A stretch of DNA of 64,000 bases from Nanobdellota archaeon (GCA_038045945.1 JBBSXC010000003.1:123975-187974); one strand, 5' to 3'. Positions 28,472 through 37,296 are shown, numbered from the stretch's first letter. The notes: a model not told the origin generated them from the letters alone. A program made the numbers and translations.

Positions 28472-28642
28472 ATGGCTCACAAATGCGAGTTTTGTAAAGA
28501 AAAAATTGAAGAAGACGAAAGAGGAAAAATAGTTGGAACAATAATAAAAGTAAGAAAAGCAAAAGGAGAAAAAAACGAGTACAAATACTTCTGCAACAAG
28601 TGCCAAAAAGAAGGAAAAGATAAAGAAATAGCAAGAAAATAA
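28472..28642 (+). CDS. small zinc-ribbon protein (not in the ORF track, 56 aa)
   Basis: My translation: MAHKCEFCKEKIEEDERGKIVGTIIKVRKAKGEKNEYKYFCNKCQKEGKDKEIARK. It has two CxxC pairs. The track's minus-strand ORFs here are low-complexity. Confidence 0.5.
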   Translation: MAHKCEFCKEKIEEDERGKIVGTIIKVRKAKGEKNEYKYFCNKCQKEGKDKEIARK

Positions 28643-28695
28643 GAGAAAATTATTAATTCATAAGGTTTTAAAATACTCAAAGTCTAAGGGTAATC

Positions 28696-29082
28696 ATGAA
28701 GTATAAAGCATTATTCATAATATTTGGCTTATGCCTAATAGCGTCATTAATACTAGCAATAACACCAACACCACTAATATGCGCTAATGGATGCGACCTA
28801 GTACAAACATCAAAATACGCTTATACATTCGGAATAAAAAATAGTTGGGCAGGAGTAGTAATATTTGCAGCACTATTAATAATGGTCTTAGTGTACAAAG
28901 CAGAAAAGAGTGTTAAAGTAAAGCACACAATACACACAGGACTAGTCATCGGAAGCATGATAGCAATATACTTCTTATACTTACAAGTATACATACTAAA
29001 ATCATACTGCAAATACTGCTTAGTAGTAGACATAGGACTATTATTAGCCATGGCTGTAGCAATATGGAAATGGGAAGACTAA
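28696..29082 (+). CDS. VKOR-family (vitamin K epoxide reductase-like) membrane disulfide oxidoreductase
   Basis: Four TM segments, loop Cys pair CANGC followed by SKYAYTFG, and CKYC at the start of the last TM. Confidence 0.6.
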   Translation: MKYKALFIIFGLCLIASLILAITPTPLICANGCDLVQTSKYAYTFGIKNSWAGVVIFAALLIMVLVYKAEKSVKVKHTIHTGLVIGSMIAIYFLYLQVYILKSYCKYCLVVDIGLLLAMAVAIWKWED

Positions 29083-29131
29083 GAATACCGATAAAGAAAA
29101 CAATTAAATAACTATCATTCTAACAGTTATA

Positions 29132-29626
29132 ATGGAGAATATACAAGTATCCGTATCAAGACAAGACTTCGAAGGAGATAAAATACCAATATGGTACAAA
29201 GGAGACTTAATTGAAGGAGCAATAAGCATAACCCCAGAACAATCATACAGCAAAACAAACAATAAAGGAAAAAATTTTACTAAAGAAGGAAAAGCAACAT
29301 ACCAAATAAGAGGATTGTTAAAATACAAAGCCAACAACTGTTTCGTTATAGACTTCGGAGTATTAGGAGTAAGCACAAGCCCCATACCAGAACAAATAAG
29401 CCCGCAAATAAGTGTAGGAGAACACATAAACGGAAAGTTCAGATTATCAATAAGTTGTTTAATGGAAAAAATGGAAAGGTTAGGAAGAGAATCATCACAA
29501 AAACTAATACAAAAATTTAGAATAGAAAAAATATATTCTCCAACAGGAGCAGAAATAAACGAAATAAAGGGCGGAATGCAAGGCGCGAGCGGAATAATAA
29601 TAGAATTAAACGCACTAAAGTTCTAG
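29132..29626 (+). CDS. hypothetical protein
   Basis: 164-aa ORF. Its TAG stop overlaps the first GGTGTCTACA repeat. Confidence 0.5.
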   Translation: MENIQVSVSRQDFEGDKIPIWYKGDLIEGAISITPEQSYSKTNNKGKNFTKEGKATYQIRGLLKYKANNCFVIDFGVLGVSTSPIPEQISPQISVGEHINGKFRLSISCLMEKMERLGRESSQKLIQKFRIEKIYSPTGAEINEIKGGMQGASGIIIELNALKF

Positions 29627-29655
29627 GTGTCTACACTTTCAAAAACGTAGACACC
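29626..29655. repeat. inverted pair of the GGTGTCTAC motif (9-bp stem, 12-nt loop)
   Basis: GGTGTCTAC at 29626-29634 and GTAGACACC at 29647-29655. The same 10-mer recurs upstream of the Fic gene. Confidence 0.8.
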
Positions 29656-29696
29656 CAACAAACATCGACGGATAAATTAATTCTCTGAGAAAAAAA

Positions 29697-29744
29697 TTAT
29701 TTTTTGAATTTCTTCCTTAAAGTACGATACTCTTTAATAAACAT
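29697..29744 (-). pseudogene. remnant of a second Fic C-terminus (MFIKEYRTLRKKFKK*)
   Basis: The reverse-strand reading gives IKEYRTLRKKFKK-stop, identical in 12 of 13 residues to the intact Fic end LKEYRTLRKKFKK. Six sense codons plus the stop codon differ synonymously (cgt/aga, act/acc, tta/ctt, agg/aga, ttc/ttt, aaa/aag, taa/tag). Confidence 0.6.
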
Positions 29745-29753
29745 CTAAAAAGA

Positions 29754-30695
29754 CTACTTTTTAAATTTCTTTCTAAGGGTTCTATACTCTTTAAGAATTA
29801 ATTCAATAGTAGGCCTAATATTACCAGTGTTTTGGAATTCTCGTAAAGTCTTATAATACTTTTTTCTACTATCAAAAGAAATATTCACAGGAGGAAGATG
29901 ATGCTTAAGCAAAATATTATTAAGAATAAGCCTACCAACCCTACCATTACCATCCTCAAAAGGGTGAATATACTCAAACTGGTTATGAACAACAGCAGCT
30001 AAAACAATACCAGGAAGCTTACGCTTATTCTTATCATACCAAGTAACAAGCTCAGAAAGAAGAGAAGAAACCCTACTTGATGGAGCACCAAGGTGAATAA
30101 TATTACCTAAACCATCACGAATACCAACCTCAACACCCTTATTCCTAAACTTACCAGCAAAAGCCTTAGAGTTCTCAAAAACAGTTTTGTGCAAATCAAG
30201 CATCAACTTTAAAGATAAATGAACTTTCGTCTTACGAATATACCTAATAGCCTTAGCAACACCATAAGTTTCAGAAATTTCTCCCTTAGGCTTAGTAATA
30301 GGCCACTTATTACGACCTAAAATACCAACAACTTCACTCTGAGTAACAGTTGAACCCTCAATAGCGTTAGTATGATAAGCAAAAATTTCTGTGAAAGCAT
30401 TCCATTCACTATCAGAAAGATGAAAAATCTTAAACTTAGACTTATCCTTTAACAACTTAACAAGATCTAACTCTCGCTTAGTAAAACGATAATTAATAGG
30501 ACTTCTAATAATTTTAAAACTATTAAGTTGTTGTATAAGCAAAGTTTTGGCTTTCTCAACACGACCATCAAGAATTTTCTTCTTAAGATTAACACCAATG
30601 TAAACTCTAGTCTTCTTAACCTTCCCACCCTCACGAAAAGAGTGAGAAAGATAATACTTCAGCCCATGAACAGTTTTACGCTTTTCAAGATACAT
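29754..30695 (-). CDS. fic: Fic-domain protein (probable AMP transferase) with an N-terminal inhibitory-helix motif
   Basis: Fic core HPFEDGNGRVGR and upstream TNAIEG ([ST]xxxE[GN] auto-inhibition motif). Confidence 0.9.
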   Translation of the reverse strand: MYLEKRKTVHGLKYYLSHSFREGGKVKKTRVYIGVNLKKKILDGRVEKAKTLLIQQLNSFKIIRSPINYRFTKRELDLVKLLKDKSKFKIFHLSDSEWNAFTEIFAYHTNAIEGSTVTQSEVVGILGRNKWPITKPKGEISETYGVAKAIRYIRKTKVHLSLKLMLDLHKTVFENSKAFAGKFRNKGVEVGIRDGLGNIIHLGAPSSRVSSLLSELVTWYDKNKRKLPGIVLAAVVHNQFEYIHPFEDGNGRVGRLILNNILLKHHLPPVNISFDSRKKYYKTLREFQNTGNIRPTIELILKEYRTLRKKFKK

Positions 30696-30747
30696 TAGTG
30701 CTTTAACCTCTTATTATAATACATTACTACTTGCATATAAATATATA

Positions 30748-30788
30748 GGTGTCTACATATTTAAATATGTCTACAAAAGGTGTCTACA
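30748..30788. repeat. three direct copies of (GG)TGTCTACA upstream of the Fic gene
   Basis: GGTGTCTACA at 30748-30757, TGTCTACA at 30768-30775, GGTGTCTACA at 30779-30788. The first abuts the Fic TATA region (TATATATTTATAT on the minus strand). Confidence 0.8.
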
Positions 30789-30859
30789 CAGGGCTACAAG
30801 TAAAAAGGTATGCTTTTAGTAAGCGATTTGTTTAAATATTAAATTATTCTTGCTTTATT

Positions 30860-31288
30860 ATGGTAGAATCACTTGTCGAAATACTTAACTATCAATCACC
30901 TACTTACACTCAAACTTTTGATAGAGAGGTTGAAGCAGATGAAGGACACAGGTTTTTTTATAATAATGACCCTAAAGATAAAATTTGCGAATGGCTAAAA
31001 AATAATTCTTTATGCACCATCCCTCAAGCAGTACCAGGAGAAGTACCAACTCACACCGGATACTTAATTAATGGTCAAGATGGTTCTTCATGCATTGTTA
31101 GAATGAAATTTTACGATTTTTCTGATAAGTCTAATGAAGAAAGAAAAGCAATGGTGCCAGAAGGAAGTAGAGACAGACCTTACAAAGTTAGACTGACTAT
31201 TCGCTCACAACCAGCAAATAGAAGCATGCCCAGAGAATTAAGGATTATTCTTAGCCAAATGAATTACGAAAAAATAAAAGAATTATAA
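30860..31288 (+). CDS. hypothetical protein
   Basis: 142-aa ORF with TATA-like GTTTAAATATT about 25 nt upstream. Confidence 0.55.
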   Translation: MVESLVEILNYQSPTYTQTFDREVEADEGHRFFYNNDPKDKICEWLKNNSLCTIPQAVPGEVPTHTGYLINGQDGSSCIVRMKFYDFSDKSNEERKAMVPEGSRDRPYKVRLTIRSQPANRSMPRELRIILSQMNYEKIKEL

Positions 31289-31352
31289 TAACAAACTTAG
31301 CAAAAGCCGCATAATAAGTATTAAAAGCATTATAATACAACAAAACATATAC

Positions 31353-31425
31353 GCCTTCGTAGCTCAATGGTTAGAGCGATTGCTTCGTAAGCAATAGGTT
31401 GAGGGTTCAATTCCCTTCGAAGGCT
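31353..31425 (+). tRNA. tRNA-Thr (anticodon CGT)
   Basis: GCCTTCG/CGAAGGC acceptor, GCTC-AATGGTTA-GAGC, ATTGC-TTCGTAA-GCAAT, GAGGG-TTCAATT-CCCTT, discriminator T. Confidence 0.9.
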
Positions 31426-31473
31426 TTGCCTAATAGTTAAGTTTAAATTAGTAAAAAATTTGGTGATATTTAC

Positions 31474-31545
31474 GCCTCAGTAGCTCAGTAGTAGAGCACG
31501 AGTTTAGTAAACTCGGGGTCGGGGGTTCAATTCCCTCCTGAGGCT
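31474..31545 (+). tRNA. tRNA-Thr (anticodon AGT, A34) with an atypical D loop
   Basis: GCCTCAG/CTGAGGC acceptor, GCTC-AGTAGTA-GAGC (AGTAGTA instead of AGTGGTA), CGAGT-TTAGTAA-ACTCG, GGGGG-TTCAATT-CCCTC. Confidence 0.75.
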
Positions 31546-31623
31546 TTAATATTATTTTATCTCATAAATACTTATAAACTAGATAATTTTCTCCAACAAG
31601 TAAAAAGGTGTTTGATAAAAAAA

Positions 31624-33081
31624 ATGGTTTATGATTGGCAATTAATAGGAGCAGAATGGGGAGATGAAGGAAAGGGTAGAGGAGTTCAAAACATAGTAAG
31701 AAACCAAAACATAAAGCACGTAGCAAAATACCAGGGCGGAGCTAATTCCGGGCATACGCAATACATAAAAGAGGATATAAAAATAGCTTTACACATGTTG
31801 CCCGATGGAGTAACAGAAACGGGAACATTCAACTATTTAACCCAAGGAGTCGCCCTAGACCTCGTACAAACTTTCAAAGAGATAGATGAACTCAAGGGTC
31901 ACAAAATCTCACTTGATGGGAGATTATTCATTAGCCATAGAGCAACAGTAGTAATGGCCGGAGACGTAGTTTCAGATTTCTTAAGCGATGGAAACGGAAG
32001 TACAGCAAAAGGAATAAGATATTGTTACGGTAGACAATCAAGACCAAGACTGAACATAAGAGTGGAAGACTTATATGGAAAAGTAGGAAACGACGGAAAG
32101 CTATCAGAACCAAGAATTTCACAACACCTCGAAAGATTTTTAAGAACATATGAAGGAGATCTTGCACAAAGATTAGAGTTAGAAATAGAAAGACTAAAAG
32201 AATTAAGATCCTCAAGTGACGAAAAGACAAAGATTGAAAGAAGATTAGAAAGAGGTATTAAGTTAAGAGAAGAATTAAGATCTGAAAATGAAGCTACAAG
32301 ACTTCTAAGACAAGCGGATAGACTTCTACCATATGTTGCAGACACGACAAAAATGTTAGAAGACGTAGTTAATGGAGATAGAGAAGGAATATTATACGAT
32401 GGTTCACAAGCAGCACTACTTGATAAAGATTCAGGCCCAGGAGATGATTTAACATCTTCATCATCAAGTGGAGCAGCATTATTTGCTAATCTAGGATTTT
32501 CTTATAATAACAGACAAATGGGCAGACTAATTAGAATAGGAGTAGTAAAACACTTACCTACAAGAGTCGGAAGAGCAGGGCACGGTTTCCCAACAAGAGA
32601 TGAAAAATTAGAAACCGCATTAAGAGAAAAAGGCGATGAAAGAGGAGCAACAACAGGAAGACCCAGAGAAATGGGACACCCAGATGCCGTAGCAGTTGCT
32701 TACGCAGTTAGAATTAGTGGAATTGACGGGTTATTCTACACAAAAGCAGACTTAGTAGATGGACAGGGAGAGCAAAAAATAGCCATAGCCTACAAGGACG
32801 ATGATACAGGAGTAGTTTATCCTAGAATGATCACTCATAGAGAAATATTCGACAGTACCAGACTAAAACCAATTTTTGAAACTCATTCTGGATGGGATAA
32901 ACTTCAAGGCGCTAGAAAAGAAGAAGACACACCAGAAAGCTTCAAAAGATTCTTAGGAAGATATACAGATATAATATCAGAAAAAGTCAATAGATACGTC
33001 CCAATAGTCGCAATATCCACAAGCCCAAAAAGCGAAGACTTTATTGATTTATTAGATAGACTACAATTGCAAGAGAGATAA
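31624..33081 (+). CDS. purA: adenylosuccinate synthetase
   Basis: GAEWGDEGKGRG P-loop, GSTAKGI, GATTGRPRE. Start set to the ATG at 31624 (the track start is TTG). Confidence 0.9.
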   Translation: MVYDWQLIGAEWGDEGKGRGVQNIVRNQNIKHVAKYQGGANSGHTQYIKEDIKIALHMLPDGVTETGTFNYLTQGVALDLVQTFKEIDELKGHKISLDGRLFISHRATVVMAGDVVSDFLSDGNGSTAKGIRYCYGRQSRPRLNIRVEDLYGKVGNDGKLSEPRISQHLERFLRTYEGDLAQRLELEIERLKELRSSSDEKTKIERRLERGIKLREELRSENEATRLLRQADRLLPYVADTTKMLEDVVNGDREGILYDGSQAALLDKDSGPGDDLTSSSSSGAALFANLGFSYNNRQMGRLIRIGVVKHLPTRVGRAGHGFPTRDEKLETALREKGDERGATTGRPREMGHPDAVAVAYAVRISGIDGLFYTKADLVDGQGEQKIAIAYKDDDTGVVYPRMITHREIFDSTRLKPIFETHSGWDKLQGARKEEDTPESFKRFLGRYTDIISEKVNRYVPIVAISTSPKSEDFIDLLDRLQLQER

Positions 33082-33123
33082 GTTTACCATAAAACTTATA
33101 AGTTTCAGTTTAACCTTAATCGT

Positions 33124-33903
33124 ATGCTTGACTTATCTCCCCATTCTTTTAGAGGAATGAGACCCGATTCTAGGAGCATTATTCCAGACACTACTCTTTG
33201 CATGATTGTTCGTGATGAATTAATGAATTCTGCTGGAGGAATAGAAAGAATGCTTAGGCATCACATCCCGCACTTCACACAAGTAGACGTTGCTGATACA
33301 GGATCAGTTGATGGAACCAGAGAAAAACTCGCAGAACTAGAAAAAGAATACGAGCAACTAAGAGTTTATGACCACGCTTTCGATGGTTACGGACCTAGCA
33401 GAAACTTCATAAAAAGCAAAGCAAGAACAAGACTTGTAGCAATGCTAGATGCAGACGAACTAATAACTCACCAAGACCTATCAAGAATAAGAAGAATAAT
33501 AAACAATAGAGAAGGACTTGTAGGAATACATTTTCCCTTTAGACAAGTAAAAAAAACTATTGGTGAACCAAACTACGAGTTTGGCCACAACCCAAGAATT
33601 TATAGAAATTTACCAGACTACAATTATAGAGGAAAAGTTTGGGAAAACCTGTTCGACGAAGATGAAGAAGAACAAGTAAGATACACAGTAGGTGATGGAA
33701 TAGAGAGAGAAAACCTACCAATGGTTAAAGTACCAATTTACCACTTCGAACCACAAGATGAAGAAGTTTATTTGGATAAAAGAAAAGAATTATACACTGA
33801 TTTGCAACTAAAAGGAAGGTTTGATGTACCACCATCAAGAGTTAAAGGCTTCAAATTATGGAAAGCTTTTAATCCCTTGCGAAACGCACCACAGTTTAAC
33901 TAA
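33124..33903 (+). CDS. family 2 glycosyltransferase-like protein
   Basis: CMIVRDE ... VADTGSVDGT ... MLDADE is the motif order of GT-A/GT2 enzymes. Confidence 0.65.
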   Translation: MLDLSPHSFRGMRPDSRSIIPDTTLCMIVRDELMNSAGGIERMLRHHIPHFTQVDVADTGSVDGTREKLAELEKEYEQLRVYDHAFDGYGPSRNFIKSKARTRLVAMLDADELITHQDLSRIRRIINNREGLVGIHFPFRQVKKTIGEPNYEFGHNPRIYRNLPDYNYRGKVWENLFDEDEEEQVRYTVGDGIERENLPMVKVPIYHFEPQDEEVYLDKRKELYTDLQLKGRFDVPPSRVKGFKLWKAFNPLRNAPQFN

Positions 33904-33919
33904 AAAATCCTTTTGAAGC

Positions 33920-34234
33920 TTATTTCTTATTAACTAAGTATTCTTGCATTTGCAAAGCTAAATCAAGACCTAATTTTTTAAGTAATGGGATAGTGAACCT
34001 AAAAGTAACAACGCCTACCCCGAAATCATCATTATTTAAGTCGAGAAAAATATTTTCGTTAGTGGTATAAGCTAAACTATTAAGATTTTTATCAGTTATA
34101 ACAAATCTTTGCCCTAATGAATCATCACCAACTTTTTTTGATGAAGCATATATCCTAAAAAAGTCTGATAATGACTTATCATCTTTAACTTTAGCAAAAA
34201 ACTTTTCTTTAATACTACTAATGGACTCTACCAT
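33920..34234 (-). CDS. hypothetical protein
   Basis: 104-aa ORF. No motif recognised. Confidence 0.5.
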   Translation of the reverse strand: MVESISSIKEKFFAKVKDDKSLSDFFRIYASSKKVGDDSLGQRFVITDKNLNSLAYTTNENIFLDLNNDDFGVGVVTFRFTIPLLKKLGLDLALQMQEYLVNKK

Positions 34235-34285
34235 GGAAAAATAAAGATTAATTAAGCCTTTTTAAACTCTTTTAATAAAGAAAAA

Positions 34286-34369
34286 TGCGGGGGGAAGGAA
34301 TCGAACCTTCGCAGGCACTAAGCCATTGGATCTTAAGTCCAACCCGTTTGACCGCTCCGGCACTCCCGC
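34286..34369 (-). tRNA. tRNA-Leu (anticodon TAA), long variable arm
   Basis: The reverse complement reads GCGGGAG...TTGGA-CTTAAGA-TCCAA, variable arm TGGCTTAGTGCCTGC, GAAGG-TTCGATT-CCTTC, CCCCCGC-A. One A-C mismatch in the acceptor stem. Confidence 0.85.
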
Positions 34370-34391
34370 ATATAATTAAAACATTAAAACA

Positions 34392-35423
34392 TCACTTATA
34401 AGGTTTTCTAGAACCAAACTTTTTCTTAACTACAGCCTTAATAAAGTTCACAGTTTTGTTAACAACTCTCTTGTCATGCATAGCGTAAAGGATGCTAGAA
34501 GGGAAAAAGTTTGTTGAAGAAAGATTGTGGGGCGCCCTAGAAAAAAATTCTAGTTTGTGATTACCAAAAACTTCTATTTCTCTCTCATAATCTTTTTCTT
34601 TATCAATACTTCCACGCAAATCCTTAACAGAAAAATTATGGTGGTCTTTACCACCAAGGATGAATAGTTTAGGGATACTCCTAAAATCATTAATAGTTTT
34701 TGAAGCCTTCTCATCGCCAAGACTGCTCAAAACTTGTAAGTAATCAATGTAATACCTAGGGTCTTTAGCAACAGAAAAGTATGATTCTAACTCCTTCATA
34801 TCCCTTAAGAAGAAGTGTGCAAGCTGGATAGGATAATTCTTCTTAACATAATTAGTTCGGTTAATAGTTCTTGAAAGGTTTATTCTGTGAAAAATAAATT
34901 GTGCAATAGGCACAGGCTTTATCAAACCATCAAATTTTATAGCTTTAATTAATTCATAAACAGAACCTTTAATGTCCCTGGCAAAACCACCAAGAATTAA
35001 AGCATCAAAAACAGGTTTATGATAAACTGATAAGGACTTTTTTTTGGAAAAATAGTCTCTTTCTGCTTTAACATCATAATTAGCAGCAGCAAATATCCCA
35101 GAATTAGCACCAAAAGAGTACCCCCCACCAAAAACTATTTTTGCTCCAAGATTCTTACGCAAATGATTAGCAGCCTTTATTTGTTCTTGCGCAGCCCTGC
35201 CAAAAGTGAATTCTTCATCCCACTCTTGGTGTGATGGAAGATCTAAAGAAATAACGTTAGCATTAACCCTTTTCATTATAGCAACAATATACTTTTCTAA
35301 ACATGACCAGTTAGGAGTGAAACCTGCTTGCAAAACAATACCGACCTTTTCATTATTCCCACGAGTAAATAATACGCCATGAATTCCTTTATTAGCTAAT
35401 GATTTATAAATTATTTTAGTCAT
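34392..35423 (-). CDS. alpha/beta-hydrolase-fold protein
   Basis: Nucleophile elbow GGGYSFGANSG (GxSxG) in a 343-aa protein with the alternating beta/alpha pattern. Confidence 0.6.
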   Translation of the reverse strand: MTKIIYKSLANKGIHGVLFTRGNNEKVGIVLQAGFTPNWSCLEKYIVAIMKRVNANVISLDLPSHQEWDEEFTFGRAAQEQIKAANHLRKNLGAKIVFGGGYSFGANSGIFAAANYDVKAERDYFSKKKSLSVYHKPVFDALILGGFARDIKGSVYELIKAIKFDGLIKPVPIAQFIFHRINLSRTINRTNYVKKNYPIQLAHFFLRDMKELESYFSVAKDPRYYIDYLQVLSSLGDEKASKTINDFRSIPKLFILGGKDHHNFSVKDLRGSIDKEKDYEREIEVFGNHKLEFFSRAPHNLSSTNFFPSSILYAMHDKRVVNKTVNFIKAVVKKKFGSRKPYK

Positions 35424-35461
35424 AAAAACCCTTTTTTACCTAAACAATTATTAAAAATTTC

Positions 35462-36055
35462 TTATGGTAATTCACCACTACCAAGCTGTGGAGTGTTCAA
35501 AGATGAAGCATCTGCTTTGTAGTAATCTTTACTAGAGAAACCAAACATTCCAGCAATTATGTTTGATGGGAATCTCTTAATAGCAGTGTTGTATTCTTGA
35601 ACTGTTTGAATGTATCTTCCTCTAGCAACAGTTATTCTGTTCGCAGTACCAGCAAGTTCATCAGTTAAAGAAGTGTATTGTTTGTTAGCTTGAAAAGTAG
35701 GATATTGTTCAGCAACAGCGTTAACGAAAGCAGCAACACCATTACTCATTGCTACACCAGCAGAATCCTTCTGGGCAACAGTTACAGCATCTCTCCAAGC
35801 ATTCCTAGCAGCAATGACATCCTTAACAAAAGCTGTTTCAGCCTTAACAGAACTTGAAGTTACTGAAACAAGATTTGGTATTAGGTCAGCTTGCCTTTGA
35901 TACTGACTTTCAACTTCACTCCACTTAGCATTAACATCTTGATCTAGCTTAACAAAGCGATTATAACCGCTAACAAAGTATAATAACAAAATTATAACTA
36001 ATAATGCTGCAACGATTAAAGAAATCATGCCCTTACCTAAACCTTTATTATCCAT
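35462..36055 (-). CDS. lemA: LemA-family membrane protein
   Basis: N-terminal TM, then GYNRFVKL...WSEVESQYQRQADLIPNLV...ELAGTANRI, typical of LemA. Start set to the ATG at 36055, avoiding overlap with the TPM gene. Confidence 0.85.
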   Translation of the reverse strand: MDNKGLGKGMISLIVAALLVIILLLYFVSGYNRFVKLDQDVNAKWSEVESQYQRQADLIPNLVSVTSSSVKAETAFVKDVIAARNAWRDAVTVAQKDSAGVAMSNGVAAFVNAVAEQYPTFQANKQYTSLTDELAGTANRITVARGRYIQTVQEYNTAIKRFPSNIIAGMFGFSSKDYYKADASSLNTPQLGSGELP

Positions 36056-36086
36056 GATTATAATTTGATGATTATCATATTTAAAT

Positions 36087-36824
36087 CTACCTTCCAGCTC
36101 CACCACCACCGCTAGAACCGCCACCGAAACCTCCGAAACCACCACCAAATCCTCCGCCACCTCCACGAGCCATCGATCCTAAACCAAAACCAATAAGTGT
36201 ACCTAAAGAACTGCTTCTAGAATGATAATAATTCTTTGGTCTAGAAACAGCACTAATAATAATGAATAAAACAATTATCACAATAATCCAAAAGATTATT
36301 CTCTTAAAATTATTACCGCCATCAGAGTTTACTTTAACAGGCTCTACCCCTAAAACTAATTCGTCATGTAAAACTTCACTAAAAGTAGCTATACCTAAAG
36401 ATAATTCTCCATTATCCCTGTAAGGAACATAATAGTCATCAAGCATCCTACCAACTTTAGAATCAGGTAAAACTCCCTCAAGACCATAACCAACTTCTAC
36501 TTCAATACGGTTATCATCAACAGAATACAAAATTAGCAAACCAGAATCATCTTTCTCTTTTCCAACACCCCAATAATTAAAAAGTTCTGTACGATACTGA
36601 ACAGGAGTTAAGGGAGAAGTGTTTTGCAAACTAACAAAAACTAGTTCATAACCAGTCTTTTGGTAAACATCCTGAAAAAGACTACTAATATAAGATGAAT
36701 CATCAACTGTTAGAACAGAAGCAAAATCATTAACAAAAGAATCAACAGGCCGAGGAAAAGTTTGCGAAGAAACAACAAATGAAAAAATTATTAGGCTCAC
36801 AAAAAATATCAACAACTTTTTCAT
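36087..36824 (-). CDS. TPM-domain (DUF477) protein with a Gly-rich C-terminus
   Basis: Signal peptide, VNDFASVLT...ELVFVSLQ TPM core, TM segment, and a GGGGGFGGGFGGFGGG tail. The usual LemA partner. Confidence 0.8.
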   Translation of the reverse strand: MKKLLIFFVSLIIFSFVVSSQTFPRPVDSFVNDFASVLTVDDSSYISSLFQDVYQKTGYELVFVSLQNTSPLTPVQYRTELFNYWGVGKEKDDSGLLILYSVDDNRIEVEVGYGLEGVLPDSKVGRMLDDYYVPYRDNGELSLGIATFSEVLHDELVLGVEPVKVNSDGGNNFKRIIFWIIVIIVLFIIISAVSRPKNYYHSRSSSLGTLIGFGLGSMARGGGGGFGGGFGGFGGGSSGGGGAGR

Positions 36825-36869
36825 AATACTAAGTAATTATTAACAGTTTAAATAATCAACCAAAAACAA

Positions 36870-37199
36870 TTATTTTATTACGTGCAGAACTCTTTGTGTA
36901 ACAATCTTGGTCATTTCTAGAGTTGTTTTTACTTCACTAATAGGCCTTGGTTTTTGCGGTGCTAAAAATGTTGACCTAACAGTTATTTCCGGAACCTTAT
37001 CCCAAGACAATTGTTCAACTACAGTATCATGCATTTTCTTAGTCTTCTGCTTAGCCTCATCTAAACTAACATCTGAAAGTCCATGAAGAAACATCGACAT
37101 ATCCATATCAATATAATCCCAAATAAGACCATTAAACTTGTAAAAACCACACTGTTCACCACTATACTCCACTTCCTTACCATGAACAATATGAATCAT
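36870..37199 (-). CDS. hypothetical protein
   Basis: 109-aa ORF. No motif recognised. Confidence 0.5.
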   Translation of the reverse strand: MIHIVHGKEVEYSGEQCGFYKFNGLIWDYIDMDMSMFLHGLSDVSLDEAKQKTKKMHDTVVEQLSWDKVPEITVRSTFLAPQKPRPISEVKTTLEMTKIVTQRVLHVIK

Positions 37200-37296
37200 A
37201 GAATGCCTGAAAGAAAAACGGTTTAAAACATTAACTAATAACTACGTAGTGGTTACAACTAACAAGATTTATATATCTCTAAAGCTTGAGATTATC

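Noticed and set aside
35462-36166. The track's longer LemA ORF, which overlaps the TPM gene by 80 nt.
   Set aside because: The extra 37 N-terminal codons (MEVAEDLVVVSEVSVAVLAVVVELEG...) are the antisense image of the Gly-rich TPM tail. The ATG at 36055 precedes the expected LemA TM helix.
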